Position numbers and translations under genes: made by a program | Source: an uncultured Chloroflexia bacterium | GTDB taxonomy: Bacteria > Chloroflexota > Limnocylindria > Limnocylindrales > CSP1-4 | DNA length: 64,000 bases | Assembly: GCA_963713975.1 (NCBI GenBank) | Contig: OY970218.1 | Coordinates: 3,072,001-3,136,000 of the forward strand | Direction of reading: 5' to 3' | Part shown: piece by piece, positions 27,761-38,275 of the stretch | How positions within the stretch are numbered: position 1 is the stretch's first letter | Layout: every line of letters starts with the position of its first letter | The notes under the pieces: model-generated | Seen by the model: only the letters and a program-made list of their open reading frames with translations | The model's database searches: none | What the model was told of the DNA's origin: nothing

Positions 27761-28978
27761 GTGGATGCCGGGCAGCGCAGCGAGACGGTTCATCGGGCGA
27801 ACCTGTCCGCGATCGTCCGCGGGCTGCACGAGTCGGGTCCACTCTCCCGTTCGGTCCTGGTCGAGGCCACCGGCCTGACCCGGAGCGCCATCCACGGCCT
27901 CGTCGGCGAGCTGGTGGCCTCGGGCCTCGTGATCGAGGAGCCGGCGATGCGGGACGGGACGCCCGGCCGCCCATCTCCGCTGACGCGGGTCAACCCCGAT
28001 GCGGCGACGGTCGTCGCGATCGAGGTGCTCGTGGACTCCATCGCGGTGGCGCTGATCGGCCTGGGCGGTATGGTCCTGGACGTCCGCCGGATCGACCGGC
28101 CCCGTCGCCACCACGCGGTCGAGCATGTCGTCGCGGACCTGGCAGCACTGGTCGAGCAGATGCTGGATGAGAAGCCCGTGTCGATCACAGGCATCGGCGT
28201 CGCGGTTGCCGGCGTGGTGCGCAGGCAGGACGGCATGGTGACCACGGCACCGAACCTGGGCTGGGCGGATGTCCCCTTCGCCACCCTGCTCGCCGCCGCG
28301 CTGGCCGTCCGGTTGCCCATCACCGTGGCCAACGAGGCCGACCTCGGCGCGCTCGCCGAGCATCGGCGAGGCGCCGCCGTGGGCATCGACGACCTCCTGT
28401 ACGTCTCGGGAGAGGTCGGCGTGGGTGGCGGGATCATCACGGGCGGTCGTGCGCTCACCGGCGTGCTCGGTCTCGCCGGCGAGATCGGCCACATGACCCT
28501 GGGTCCGAATCGCGAGCCGTGCCGATGTGGCTCGATCGGCTGCTGGGAGACGGTCGTCGGCGAAGATGCCCTCCTGGCTCGTGCGGGCCTCCCGCCGGAC
28601 GCCGGGCGCGAGGGCGTCGAGCACGTGTTGCGGGAGGCGGCGAAGGGCTCCAGGGTAGAGACTGCTGCCCTGGAGCACATCGGACGCTGGCTCGGGATCG
28701 GCCTGGCGGGTCTGGTCAACTTGCTCAACCCGCAGCTGATCGTGCTTGGAGCGATGCACGGCCGCATCTACCCGGCGGTGCGTGACCTCGTCGAGTCGGA
28801 GCTCGATCGCCGGGCGCTGCCCGCCGCTCGCGCAACGGTCCGCATCGTGCCCTCGACGCTTGGCGTCGATGCGCCGTTGGTCGGTGCCGCTGAGCTCGCC
28901 TTCGAGCCGCTCCTGGCCGACCCGGCCGCCTACATGGAGCGCTTGGCTGCTCCATTTGCCATGGCGAGTGCCTCGTGA
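27761..28978 (+). CDS. xylR: ROK family transcriptional repressor (XylR-like)
   Basis: N-terminal HTH (GPLSRS.L.EATGLTRS), GRPS, NEADLGALAE, GEIGHM, CRCGSIGCWE. Sits in the xylose gene cluster. Confidence 0.85.
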   Translation: MDAGQRSETVHRANLSAIVRGLHESGPLSRSVLVEATGLTRSAIHGLVGELVASGLVIEEPAMRDGTPGRPSPLTRVNPDAATVVAIEVLVDSIAVALIGLGGMVLDVRRIDRPRRHHAVEHVVADLAALVEQMLDEKPVSITGIGVAVAGVVRRQDGMVTTAPNLGWADVPFATLLAAALAVRLPITVANEADLGALAEHRRGAAVGIDDLLYVSGEVGVGGGIITGGRALTGVLGLAGEIGHMTLGPNREPCRCGSIGCWETVVGEDALLARAGLPPDAGREGVEHVLREAAKGSRVETAALEHIGRWLGIGLAGLVNLLNPQLIVLGAMHGRIYPAVRDLVESELDRRALPAARATVRIVPSTLGVDAPLVGAAELAFEPLLADPAAYMERLAAPFAMASAS

Positions 28979-29118
28979 TGGCAGCTCGTCGTCCACTCGA
29001 ACACCGATCCACCGGGCCGCGTGTCCGGACCAGAAAGGGGCTCGCCTAACGATGTAGCATGCGGCCGCACCGGGCATCTTGAGGACGACACGGGTCGTCT
29101 CCATGGAGGAGGAAACAC

Positions 29119-30204
29119 GTGAGCATTCGCAAACTGGCTGCCATCGCGGGGGTCGCGGCCATCCTGGTCGCCGCCTGCGGGTCGAGCAGCTCCAGCCCTG
29201 CCGCCAGTGACGGCGGCGCTGCCGCGGTCGACTGCACGGTCGGCGTCTCGTGGAACAACTACCAGGAGGAGCGCTGGGCGAAGTGGGATGAGCCGGCCCT
29301 GAAGGCCGCCATCGAGGCCGGCGGCGGCAAGTACATCAACAACGACGCCAAGTCGTCCGCCGAGACCCAGGCCAGCAACGTCGAGAACCTGATCTCGCAG
29401 GGCGCGAAGGTCGTGATCGTCCTGGCCCAGGATGGCACGGCGATCAAGCCGGCCGTCACCAGCGCCATCTCGAACGGTGTCCCGGTCATCGCGTATGACC
29501 GCCTCATCGAGGATCCCGGCGCCCTGTACATCACGTTCGACAACAAGCTCGTCGGCAAGCTGGAGGCGGAGGCCCTCCTCAAGGTCAAGGACGCCGGCAA
29601 CTTCGTCGTCATCAAGGGCAACAAGGCCGACGCCAATGCCGACTTCCTTCGCGAGGGCATGGTCGAGGCCGGTGTCCCGGCCGTCGGCGAGAACTCGGAC
29701 AAGCTGATCAACGTCGGCGAGAGCTACACCGACAACTGGGATCCGGCGAACGCCCAGAAGTCGATGGAGCAGTTCCTGACAGCGAACGACAACAAGATCG
29801 ACATCGCCTTCGTCGAGAACGACGGCATGGCCGGCGGCGTCATCGCGGCACTGGCCGCCCAGGGCCTCGCGGGCAAGGTTCCGGTCTCCGGCCAGGACGG
29901 CGACGCCGCCGCCCTCAACCGGGTGGCCCTCGGCACCCAGACGGTCGACGTCTGGAAGGACGCACGCATGCTCGGCAAGTCTGCCGGTGAGGCGGCGATC
30001 CAGCTGTGCAAGGACAAGGACATCAAGAAGGCCGCCGGCACGGTGCAGTTCACCAGCCCCGGCGGCAACGACATGACTTCCATCTTCCTCGTTCCCCAGG
30101 CGATCACCCAGGACAACCTCAACGTTGTCCTCGATGCCGGCTGGATCACCAAGGACCTCCTGTGCAAGGACGTCCCGGCGGGGTCCGTCGCGGCCTGCGG
30201 CTGA
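29119..30204 (+). CDS. xylF: Xylose ABC transporter substrate-binding lipoprotein
   Basis: Lipobox VAAC; SWNNYQEERW, VIAYDRLI, YITFDN, NDGMAGG, VSGQDGD, TVDVWKD. Confidence 0.88.
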   Translation: MSIRKLAAIAGVAAILVAACGSSSSSPAASDGGAAAVDCTVGVSWNNYQEERWAKWDEPALKAAIEAGGGKYINNDAKSSAETQASNVENLISQGAKVVIVLAQDGTAIKPAVTSAISNGVPVIAYDRLIEDPGALYITFDNKLVGKLEAEALLKVKDAGNFVVIKGNKADANADFLREGMVEAGVPAVGENSDKLINVGESYTDNWDPANAQKSMEQFLTANDNKIDIAFVENDGMAGGVIAALAAQGLAGKVPVSGQDGDAAALNRVALGTQTVDVWKDARMLGKSAGEAAIQLCKDKDIKKAAGTVQFTSPGGNDMTSIFLVPQAITQDNLNVVLDAGWITKDLLCKDVPAGSVAACG

Positions 30205-30226
30205 CGACGACCACCTCGTGACCAGC

Positions 30227-30264
30227 GCGCCCTGCGCCCGCGTCCAGTACGCGGCGCAGGGCGC
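30227..30264. promoter_or_regulatory. GC-rich hairpin after xylF (mRNA stabiliser or partial terminator)
   Basis: gcgccctgcgcc-cgcgt-ccagt-acgcg-gcgcagggcgc near-perfect inverted repeat. Confidence 0.55.
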
Positions 30265-30299
30265 TCTCCGGTTCTGAGCCCGGTTCCAGAGGTCAGTTG

Positions 30300-31617
30300 A
30301 TGAGCGAGACGACCACCGCACCTCCGACGGCGACCGCCGAGCCGGCGAGCCCCAGGTCCTGGCGCTCGATGCTCCGGATGCTGGAGCTCGATACCAGGCT
30401 CCTCGGGATGATCGCCGCGCTGGCGGTGATCTGGATCTTCTTCAACGTCCTGTCGGGCGGCAACTTCATCACCGCGCGCAACCTGTGGAACCTGTCCGTC
30501 CAGAGCGCGTCGATCGCGATCATGGCGACAGGGATGGTCCTCATCATCGTGTCGCGCAACATCGACCTGTCCGTCGGGTCGATGCTCGGCCTCATCGGCT
30601 ACATCATGGCCATGGTCCAGGTGATCTGGCTCCCCAGCGTGTTCGGGGTCAGCTACCACGAGCCCTGGATCTGGGTCGCTGCCCTTGCCATCGGCATCGC
30701 CGCGGGCGCTGTGATGGGTGGCATGTCCGGCTTCATCGTGGCCTACCTCGGGGTGCCGTCGTTCATCGTCACGCTCGGCGGCCTGCTCATCTGGCGCGGC
30801 CTCATCTTCCGCTTCCAGCAGGGCCAGACCCTCGCCCCCCTCAACGACATCTTCCAGCTCCTTGGGGGCGGGCCGAAGGGCTCGCTCGGCGACACCGCGA
30901 GCTGGATCCTGGGCGTCCTCATCTGCGCCGGGATCATCTACACGCTGTGGGCCGGGCGGCGGCGGAAGGTCCGCTACGGCTTCCCGGCACGCCCCCTGTG
31001 GGCCGAGATCGTGGTCGGCGTGATCGGCTGCGGCGTCGTACTTCTGGCCATCTGGGTTGCCGTCAGCTACTCCTGGCCCGCGGCGCTGGCACCCAGTTCG
31101 CCCAGGAGCACGGGATCACGGAGCCGCCCGGCGGCCTGATCATCCCGACCGGCGTCGCGATCCCGGTCGTCATCATGCTCGGGTCGGCCTGGTCATGACG
31201 TACATGGCGACCCGGCGACGGTTCGGGCGCTACGTCTATGCCATCGGCGGCAACCCGGATGCCGCCGAGCTCGGCGGCATCAACGTGCGTCGCGCCATCA
31301 TGTCGACCTTCGTGGTCATGGGGATCCTGGCCGCGATCAGCGCTGCCGTGCAGACGGCTCGCCTGAACTCGGCGGTCACGAACCTCGGAGTGCAGAACGA
31401 GCTCGATGTCATCGCCGCCGCCGTCATCGGCGGGACCTCGTTCGCCGGCGGCATCGGGACGATCCCCGGGGCGATCCTCGGCGCCGTCGTCATGCAGTCG
31501 CTCCGCTCGGGCATGCTCCTCCTCAACGTCGATTCACCGACACAGGACGTCGTCGTCGGACTCGTGCTGGTGGCCGCCGTGGGATTCGACTCGTACATCC
31601 GCCGGCGGGCGAATTGA
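30300..31617 (+). CDS. xylH: Xylose ABC transporter permease, interrupted by two apparent single-base deletions (~31090, ~31183)
   Basis: Three consecutive frames join into one permease: NIDLSVGS...[10 protein letters not shown] / [31 protein letters not shown] / VGLVMTY...[15 protein letters not shown]...[14 protein letters not shown]. Confidence 0.8.
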
Positions 31618-31634
31618 GCGCGGGAGAGCCGGGA

Positions 31635-32456
31635 ATGACGATGACGAAGCAGCAGCAGCCGGTCCCCTCGCCCAGCATGGAAGCGCCTCCGCTGGTCGAG
31701 CTCCGCAACATCTATGTCGCCTTCGGCGGGGTCCATGCCGTCGAGGACGTCACCGTGGACCTGTACCCGGGCGAGGTCGTCGGGCTCGTTGGCGGCAACG
31801 GCGCCGGCAAGTCGACGCTCATCCGCACCCTGTCCGGCGCACATCCTGCGGACTCGGGCCAGATCCTCATCAACGGCAGGCCCATCGCCATCAAGAATCC
31901 GCGCGACGCGAAGTCGCACGGGATCGAGACGATCTACCAGACGCTCGCGCTCGCCGACAACATCGACGCGGCCGCGAACGTCTTTCTCGGCCGCGAGCTC
32001 CGTTCGCGGCTCGGGTCCCTCGACGACGCCGCGATGGAGGCGGCGACGAGGTCCGTGATGGGCCGGCTCAACCCCCGCTTCCAGAACTTCAAGACCGCCG
32101 TGAAGTCGCTCTCAGGTGGCCAACGCCAGTCGATCGCGATCGCACGCGCGGTCCACTTCAACGCGAAGATCCTGATCATGGACGAGCCCACCGCGGCGCT
32201 CGGCCCGGCAGAGACCGCGCAGGTTCGCGACCTCGTGATGCAGCTGAAGGCCGAGGGCATCGGCATCTTCCTCATCAGCCACGACATCCACGATGTGTAC
32301 GACCTGTCGGACCGCATCAGCGTGATGCTGCAGGGCCGCCTCGTGGGGACCGTGGACAAGAACGCCGTGACCAAGGACGACGTCCTCGGGATGATCATCA
32401 TGGGCAAGACGCCGGGAGAGGTCACGGAAGCCGACGTCACTGGCGTGATCCACTGA
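31635..32456 (+). CDS. xylG: Sugar ABC transporter ATP-binding protein (single NBD)
   Basis: [25 protein letters not shown]. Confidence 0.88.
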   Translation: MTMTKQQQPVPSPSMEAPPLVELRNIYVAFGGVHAVEDVTVDLYPGEVVGLVGGNGAGKSTLIRTLSGAHPADSGQILINGRPIAIKNPRDAKSHGIETIYQTLALADNIDAAANVFLGRELRSRLGSLDDAAMEAATRSVMGRLNPRFQNFKTAVKSLSGGQRQSIAIARAVHFNAKILIMDEPTAALGPAETAQVRDLVMQLKAEGIGIFLISHDIHDVYDLSDRISVMLQGRLVGTVDKNAVTKDDVLGMIIMGKTPGEVTEADVTGVIH

Positions 32457-32479
32457 CGGTCAGGAGCGGGCCACCCGGG

Positions 32480-33973
32480 TCAGAGCCGGTGGAGCGACGG
32501 GGCAAGGGCCGGGTACAGCTCCCGGTACCGTGCATGCGCCTCCGCGTAGCCGGGCACGTCCGGTCCCGGTTCGGCCACGGGTGTCGCCCGGACCAGGGCC
32601 TCGGCAGCCGCCTGCACGGACGGGTACCAGCTGGCCCCCACGCTGGCCAGCACGGCCGCCCCGTAGGCGGCGCCCTCGGTCGTGCTCACCGTGGCGATCT
32701 CCGCGTAGAGGACATCCGCCAGGATCTGCCGCCACAGCGGGCTGGCCGTCCCGCCTCCTGACGCCCGGATCTGGTCGGGCGCCGGCATGCCCGCGGCGAC
32801 CATCAGGTCGAGACCATCGCGCAGTCCGAAGGCCACGCCCTCCAGGACGGCCCGGGTCAGGTGCCGCCGATCGTGCGCCAGCGTCAGCCCGACGAAGGCT
32901 CCACGGGCCTGCGGGTCGGGGTACGGGCAGCGCTCGCCGGACAGGTAGGGCAGGAACAGGACGCCGTCGCTCCCCGCAGGCACCTCCCCTGCCGCGGCCG
33001 CGAGGTCGCCGAACGGCTCGCCCGGTGCCACCGTGTCCCGGAACCAGCGCAGGCTGCCGGCCGCGGAGAGCATCACGGACATCAGGTGCCAGCGATCGGG
33101 CACCGCGTGACAGAAGGCGTGGACCAGCCCCGCCGGCTCGTACAGCGGGGCATCGGTCGTCGCGAACACGACCCCCGACGTGCCCAGCGAGAGCGCCATC
33201 CGCCCCGGCACCACGGCCCCGACGCCGACCGCGTTCGCGGCCTGGTCACCACCCCCCGCCACGATGGGCGTGCCCTCGCGCAGCCCGGTCTCGGCGGCGG
33301 CCCTGGCGGTGATGACACCCGTCACCTGCGGGCCCTCGAAGGTTGGCGGGAGCCACGCTCGCGGAATCTCCAGGGCCTGCAGCATGACGTCCGACCAGTC
33401 GCGCGCCGCCAGGTCGAACAGCAGCGTGCCGGCTCCGTCGGCCTTGTCCAGGGCGTGCTCGCCGGTCAGCTTCAGACGGACGTAGTCCTTGGGAAGCAGG
33501 ACATGCGCCACCCGCGACCAGGCTTCGGGCTCGTGGTCGCGGACCCAGACCAGCTTGGGCGCTGTGAACCCGGTCAGGGCGTCGTTGCCCGTGATCTCGA
33601 TGAGCCGCCGCGGGCCGACCGCCTGGCGGATGAGGTCGCACTCCGGCCCGGTCCGCTGGTCGTTCCAGAGGATGGCCGGGCGGACGACCCGATCCGCCGC
33701 ATCCAGCAGCACGAGGCCGTGCATCTGGCCCGTGAGGCCGACCGCCGCGACGGCTCCCGGATCCGTCCCGGTCGCGCCAAGGACCTCGCGGATCGCCGCC
33801 GAGGCGCCGGTCCACCAGGACTCGGGGTCCTGCTCGCTCCAGAGCGGGTGCGGCTGCTCGAATGGGTACTCGCGGGACGCGATGCCCAGGATCGATCCCT
33901 GGTCGTCCGCGAGGACCGCCTTGGTCGCCGTCGTGGAGACATCGATCCCGAGGACGGCCCCCCGCCCCGCCAT
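32480..33973 (-). CDS. xylB: Xylulokinase
   Basis: GIDVSTT, GLTGQMHG, LWNDQR, LLPKDY, GGGDQAA, SLGTSG, PYLSGER. Confidence 0.95.
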   Translation of the reverse strand: MAGRGAVLGIDVSTTATKAVLADDQGSILGIASREYPFEQPHPLWSEQDPESWWTGASAAIREVLGATGTDPGAVAAVGLTGQMHGLVLLDAADRVVRPAILWNDQRTGPECDLIRQAVGPRRLIEITGNDALTGFTAPKLVWVRDHEPEAWSRVAHVLLPKDYVRLKLTGEHALDKADGAGTLLFDLAARDWSDVMLQALEIPRAWLPPTFEGPQVTGVITARAAAETGLREGTPIVAGGGDQAANAVGVGAVVPGRMALSLGTSGVVFATTDAPLYEPAGLVHAFCHAVPDRWHLMSVMLSAAGSLRWFRDTVAPGEPFGDLAAAAGEVPAGSDGVLFLPYLSGERCPYPDPQARGAFVGLTLAHDRRHLTRAVLEGVAFGLRDGLDLMVAAGMPAPDQIRASGGGTASPLWRQILADVLYAEIATVSTTEGAAYGAAVLASVGASWYPSVQAAAEALVRATPVAEPGPDVPGYAEAHARYRELYPALAPSLHRL

Positions 33974-35307
33974 CAGCCGACTCGCCAGACGTGCCGGTTG
34001 ACCACGTTCTCGTACAGCTCCTGGTGGCCGGAGACAGGCGCCGGGTCGATCTCGCCGGCGGCCACGCGTGCCTCGAGATCCGCGAGGCTCAGCTCGCCCG
34101 ACATGATCCCCCTGCCCAGCTCGCCCGACCAGCCCGCATAGCGCTGCTCGACCATGGCCGCAAGCCCGCCATCCTCGATCATCGCCGCGGCGATCAGGAG
34201 CGCCTTTGCGAGCGTGTCGATCCCGCCGATGTGGGCGTGGAACAGGTCGGTCCGGTCGGTGGACTGCCGGCGCAGCTTCGCGTCGAAGTTGAAGCCGCCG
34301 GTGGTGAACCCGCCACCCTTGAGGATCTCGTACAGGGGCATCACCAGGTCATCGACGGAGTTCGGGAACTGGTCCGTGTCCCAGCCGTTCTGGGGATCGC
34401 CCCGGTTAGCGTCGATGGAGCCGAACATCCCGCTGGCCATCGCGTAAGCCACCTCGTGGTGGAAGCTGTGGCCGGCCAGCGTCGCGTGATTGGCCTCGAT
34501 GTTGGCCTTGAACTCGCCCTCGAGGCCGTGGCGGACGAGGAAGCCGTGCACGGTCGCAGTGTCGTAGTCGTACTGGTGCTTGGTGGGCTCCTGCGGCTTG
34601 GGCTCGATGAGCAGCGTGCCCTCGAAGCCGATCTTCGCCTTGTGCTCCGCAACCAGGTGGAGGAAGCGTGCCAGCTGGTCGCCCTCGCGCCGGAGGTCGG
34701 TGTTGAGCAGCGTGTCGTAGCCCTCGCGCCCGCCCCACAGCACGTAGTTGGTGCCGCCCAGGCGCTGCGTGACCTCGAGCATGTGCTTGACCTGCGCCGC
34801 GGCGTAGGCGAACACCTCGGGGTCAGGGTTGGTGCTGGCGCCGGCCTGGTAGCGCGGGTGGGTGAACAGGTTCGCCGTTCCCCACAGGAGCTGGACGCCC
34901 GTCCGCTCCTGGTAGCCCGCGGCGTCGTCGGCGAGGGCGTCGAGGTTCGTGCTGAACTCCGCAAACGACGCGCCCTCGGGCGCCACGTCCTTGTCGTGGA
35001 AGCAGTAGTACGGCGTCCCGATCTTGGCCAGGAACTCGAATGCGGCGGCCATCTTCAGGCGGGCCGCGTCCATTGGGTCCATCGAGGCATCCAGCCACGG
35101 ACGGTCCATCGTCCCGGCACCGAACATGTCGGTCCCGGGCCAGGCGAACGAATGCCACAGGCAGACGCCGATCCGAAGGTGCTCCTCCATCCGCCTGCCG
35201 AGGACCAGACGATCAGGCTGGTACACCCTGAAGGCCAGCGGATCGCTGGAGTCCGCGCCGCCGAACGGCACCCTGCCGGGCACCTCAGAGAAGAAGTCCT
35301 CGCCCAC
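33973..35307 (-). CDS. xylA: Xylose isomerase (class II)
   Basis: [63 protein letters not shown] at 35307 after GAGGAGG. Confidence 0.97.
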   Translation of the reverse strand: MGEDFFSEVPGRVPFGGADSSDPLAFRVYQPDRLVLGRRMEEHLRIGVCLWHSFAWPGTDMFGAGTMDRPWLDASMDPMDAARLKMAAAFEFLAKIGTPYYCFHDKDVAPEGASFAEFSTNLDALADDAAGYQERTGVQLLWGTANLFTHPRYQAGASTNPDPEVFAYAAAQVKHMLEVTQRLGGTNYVLWGGREGYDTLLNTDLRREGDQLARFLHLVAEHKAKIGFEGTLLIEPKPQEPTKHQYDYDTATVHGFLVRHGLEGEFKANIEANHATLAGHSFHHEVAYAMASGMFGSIDANRGDPQNGWDTDQFPNSVDDLVMPLYEILKGGGFTTGGFNFDAKLRRQSTDRTDLFHAHIGGIDTLAKALLIAAAMIEDGGLAAMVEQRYAGWSGELGRGIMSGELSLADLEARVAAGEIDPAPVSGHQELYENVVNRHVWRVG

Positions 35308-35340
35308 GCCGCGTCCTCCTCGCATCTGGCCCTCTGAAGG

Positions 35341-35363
35341 GTTTGTCAGACCATAACACATAC
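35341..35363. promoter_or_regulatory. Putative ROK/XylR operator upstream of xylA
   Basis: GTTTG-tcagaccataaca-CATAC has the same half-sites and 13-nt spacer as the site at 27722. Confidence 0.6.
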
Positions 35364-35422
35364 CCCATCGGACGCCATCGCCTCGATGGGGCGGACGGGA
35401 GCGGTGCCGTGCGTGTCCCGGG

Positions 35423-36199
35423 TCAGGTCCTGCCGGGAAAGGCCACCCTGACCCATGGCGCTGCCGGTGTCGCGGCCAGCCGCACGGAGCCGCCTTCGAT
35501 GACCGCCTCGTCGGGCGAGCCGGCGTGCACTGGGCCCACCTCTATCGCGTAGGTGCCATCCGGGGGCAGCGCGACGGGCAGTGGGAACCGCAGCAGGGTG
35601 CCTGGACCCGCAGCGGGGTTGACCGCCTGTCCCACCACACAGTGAGCGCGGCCCAGGAGATGCGCCGCGAGCCCCAGGTCCCCGGCGGCGATCGCCGCGC
35701 GAACCTCGGTACTGCGGACGGCTCGCCCGTCGAGCTCGTACGGTGGCATGACGACCACGTCGAACCCCACCTCCGCGCCAAGCGCGGCAAGCGCCTCCGG
35801 CGTGCCGGCCCGACGGTAGCCGAATGCCGCATCCGGAGTCATGAGGAACCCGGCCAGGGGCGCCCGGTCGGCGATCATCGCCACGAATGCGTCGTAGGTG
35901 GTCTCGCGCAGGTGCTGGTCGAAGTGGACGACGACGGTGGAGTCCACGCCGGCGCCGGCGAGTCGCTCCAGGCGCTCATCCGGGTCACACAGGAGCGGCG
36001 GCGCGGAACCCGTGATGATCTCGTCGGGATGGTGGTCGAACGTGATCACGACCGGGCGCGCGGCGCGGCGCCGCGCCTCCACCACGAGGTGCTCGAGCAG
36101 ATAGGCGTGCCCCAGGTGGAGCCCGTCGAACACCCCGACCACGACGAACACGGGTTCCGTGGAGCGCGGCAGATGATCGAGGCCCCGCGCGACATGCAT
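35423..36199 (-). CDS. ribF: RibF-like FMN adenylyltransferase with degenerate riboflavin-kinase domain
   Basis: [24 protein letters not shown]...GD...AAHLLGR. Only 258 aa; C-terminus lacks GR.LGFPTAN and E.H motifs. Follows truB. Confidence 0.75.
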   Translation of the reverse strand: MHVARGLDHLPRSTEPVFVVVGVFDGLHLGHAYLLEHLVVEARRRAARPVVITFDHHPDEIITGSAPPLLCDPDERLERLAGAGVDSTVVVHFDQHLRETTYDAFVAMIADRAPLAGFLMTPDAAFGYRRAGTPEALAALGAEVGFDVVVMPPYELDGRAVRSTEVRAAIAAGDLGLAAHLLGRAHCVVGQAVNPAAGPGTLLRFPLPVALPPDGTYAIEVGPVHAGSPDEAVIEGGSVRLAATPAAPWVRVAFPGRT

Positions 36200-36200
36200 G

Positions 36201-37247
36201 TCAGGCCAGCTCGGCCGCCGGGTCGTCGTCCCCGTTCACGGGCTCGGGCGCCGGCGCGGGCTCGGGCGCCGGCGCGGGCACGGGATCACGCCGGCTCGGA
36301 CGACCTCCATCCGCCGGCCGCTCGGCGAGCACCTTGTGGGGATGCAGCGCACCAGTCACGGCCCGGCACACGGCCGCGATCCCGCCGTCCGGACCGACGG
36401 CCAGCACCAGTGGCGCGTCGCGGACCTCGAGCGGTCGCTTCGGGGCCGTGATCAGCCCCTCGCCCAGGCGTCGGACCTCGTCCGCGGTGACGGGAGCGTG
36501 TGGGAGAGCCTCCAGGCCCGCGTCCACTGGTCGCAGCACGCGCTGGATCCCGGCGGGCCCGTCCGCTGCGTGCTCCCGCAGCTCCTCGAACGAGATCGAG
36601 TCCTCGAGACGGAAGCTGCCGGATGCGGTGCGCACCAGGGCGCCGAGGTAGGCACCGCTCTCGAGCCGGGCACCGAGGTCCCGTGCCAGCGCGCGGATGT
36701 ACGTTCCAGCCGAGCACTCGACGTCGACCACGGCCATCGGACGGGCCGGATCGGCATCGTCCCACTCGAGCATCGTCGCCTCGTGGATGACCACGTCCCG
36801 CGGCGCCAGCTCGACGGGCTCGCCACGGCGGGCCATCTGGTAGGCGCGGCGACCCTCCACCTGCACGGCGCTGTAGACGGGGGGAACCTGGCGCAGGGGC
36901 CCCGTGAACGCCGTGAGCCCGGACTCAACCTGCTCGCGCTTCAGCGCGGGACCGGCGATCGGTGTTCGCTCGCCATCGATGTCGTCCGTCGTGGACGACG
37001 CGCCAAAGCAGATCGTCGCCCGGTATCGCTTGCGGCCGCTGAGGTGGTACTCGACCAGGCGCGTTGCACGACCCAGGAACACGGGCAGCACACCCGCCGC
37101 GAACGGGTCCAGCGTCCCGCCGTGACCCACGCGTCTCGTGGACGACAGCCGGCGCACCAGCCCCACCACGTCGTGCGAGGTGGGCCCCGACGGCTTGGCC
37201 ACGACCAGGACGCCGTCAAGCCCGCCGCGACGGTCGCGCGGGCTCAT
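36201..37247 (-). CDS. truB: tRNA pseudouridine(55) synthase
   Basis: KPSGPTSHDVV, GHGGTLDPFAAG, QVPPVYSA, GTYIRAL. Confidence 0.96.
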   Translation of the reverse strand: MSPRDRRGGLDGVLVVAKPSGPTSHDVVGLVRRLSSTRRVGHGGTLDPFAAGVLPVFLGRATRLVEYHLSGRKRYRATICFGASSTTDDIDGERTPIAGPALKREQVESGLTAFTGPLRQVPPVYSAVQVEGRRAYQMARRGEPVELAPRDVVIHEATMLEWDDADPARPMAVVDVECSAGTYIRALARDLGARLESGAYLGALVRTASGSFRLEDSISFEELREHAADGPAGIQRVLRPVDAGLEALPHAPVTADEVRRLGEGLITAPKRPLEVRDAPLVLAVGPDGGIAAVCRAVTGALHPHKVLAERPADGGRPSRRDPVPAPAPEPAPAPEPVNGDDDPAAELA

Positions 37248-38275
37248 CGTCGGACCTCGGCCGCCAGGCGCTCTGCGACCTCGCGCACCGCGACCACGGC
37301 ATCGGCCAGCGGCAGTGGCACGGAGGCACCGGCGGCACGTGCGTGCCCTCCCCCACCGAACGCGCCCGTGAGCACGGTCGCGTCCACGCCGCCCGGCTTC
37401 GTCCGCACGGACAGGCGCGTGCTGCCGTCATCCTGCTCCTTGAGCAGCATGGAGACCTCCGCATCCTCGGACTGCGCGAGGAGGTCGATGATCCCTTCCG
37501 AGTGGGCGGGGATGGCACCGGTCTCGCCGAGATCGGCAGGAAGGAGCGTGGACCAGATCACCAGGTGGTCGGGCGATGTCCCGAGGCGGTCCAGCACCCG
37601 CCCGAACAGGCGGAGCTGCGCGTCCGGCTTCGTGCGGTAGAGCCGCCGGGAGATGTCCGACAGGGGCGCACCCTCCGCAACCAGGGCCGCCGAGACGGCG
37701 AGCGTCCGCGGCGTGGCGTTGGGGTGCGCGAAGGTCGCGGTGTCCATGACGATGCCCGCCATCAGCACATCCGCGAGCGCCCGGTCCGCGAGGCCGAGCG
37801 GCAGTCCGAGTCGCACCGCCAGCAGGGCGACCATCTCGCACGTCGCGGCCGCGTCGGGATCGATCCAGTCCGCGTCGCCGCTCCCCCCGTTCGACGCGTG
37901 GTGGTCGACGATCACGCGCGGGAGGGCGTCGAACAGGCCGGCGTTCCGGGTTGCCACGGCACCGACCCGCTCCGCGCTGGCGCAATCGGCCAGGACCAGC
38001 AGGTCGTACGCCTCGGCCGGGTCGGGGTCGGTGCGGAACCGCTCCAGGCCCGGCAGGAAGCCGTACAGGGGCGGGATGGGATCGGTGCACACGGCGGTCG
38101 CGCGACCGCCGAGCGCCTCCACCAGCAGGCAGATCCCCATCACGGCCCCGACGGTATCGGCATCAGGGTGCTCGTGGCTCACCGCCAGGACATGGCGGGC
38201 AGAGCGCAGTCGGGCAAGCACCGGCTCGGGCACGGCCTCAAGGGCGAGGGCAGACAGGTCCACCGGGCCGGTCAT
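37244..38275 (-). CDS. nrnA: DHH/DHHA1 phosphoesterase (NrnA nanoRNase/pAp phosphatase)
   Basis: HEHPDAD, VDHH, GIVMDT, FGGGGHARAAG; lies between rbfA and truB. Confidence 0.88.
   Translation of the reverse strand: MTGPVDLSALALEAVPEPVLARLRSARHVLAVSHEHPDADTVGAVMGICLLVEALGGRATAVCTDPIPPLYGFLPGLERFRTDPDPAEAYDLLVLADCASAERVGAVATRNAGLFDALPRVIVDHHASNGGSGDADWIDPDAAATCEMVALLAVRLGLPLGLADRALADVLMAGIVMDTATFAHPNATPRTLAVSAALVAEGAPLSDISRRLYRTKPDAQLRLFGRVLDRLGTSPDHLVIWSTLLPADLGETGAIPAHSEGIIDLLAQSEDAEVSMLLKEQDDGSTRLSVRTKPGGVDATVLTGAFGGGGHARAAGASVPLPLADAVVAVREVAERLAAEVRR

Noticed and set aside
35363-35391. CCCCATCG...CGATGGGG inverted repeat
   Set aside because: Long loop and no U-tract; at most a weak ribF terminator, not enough to call.
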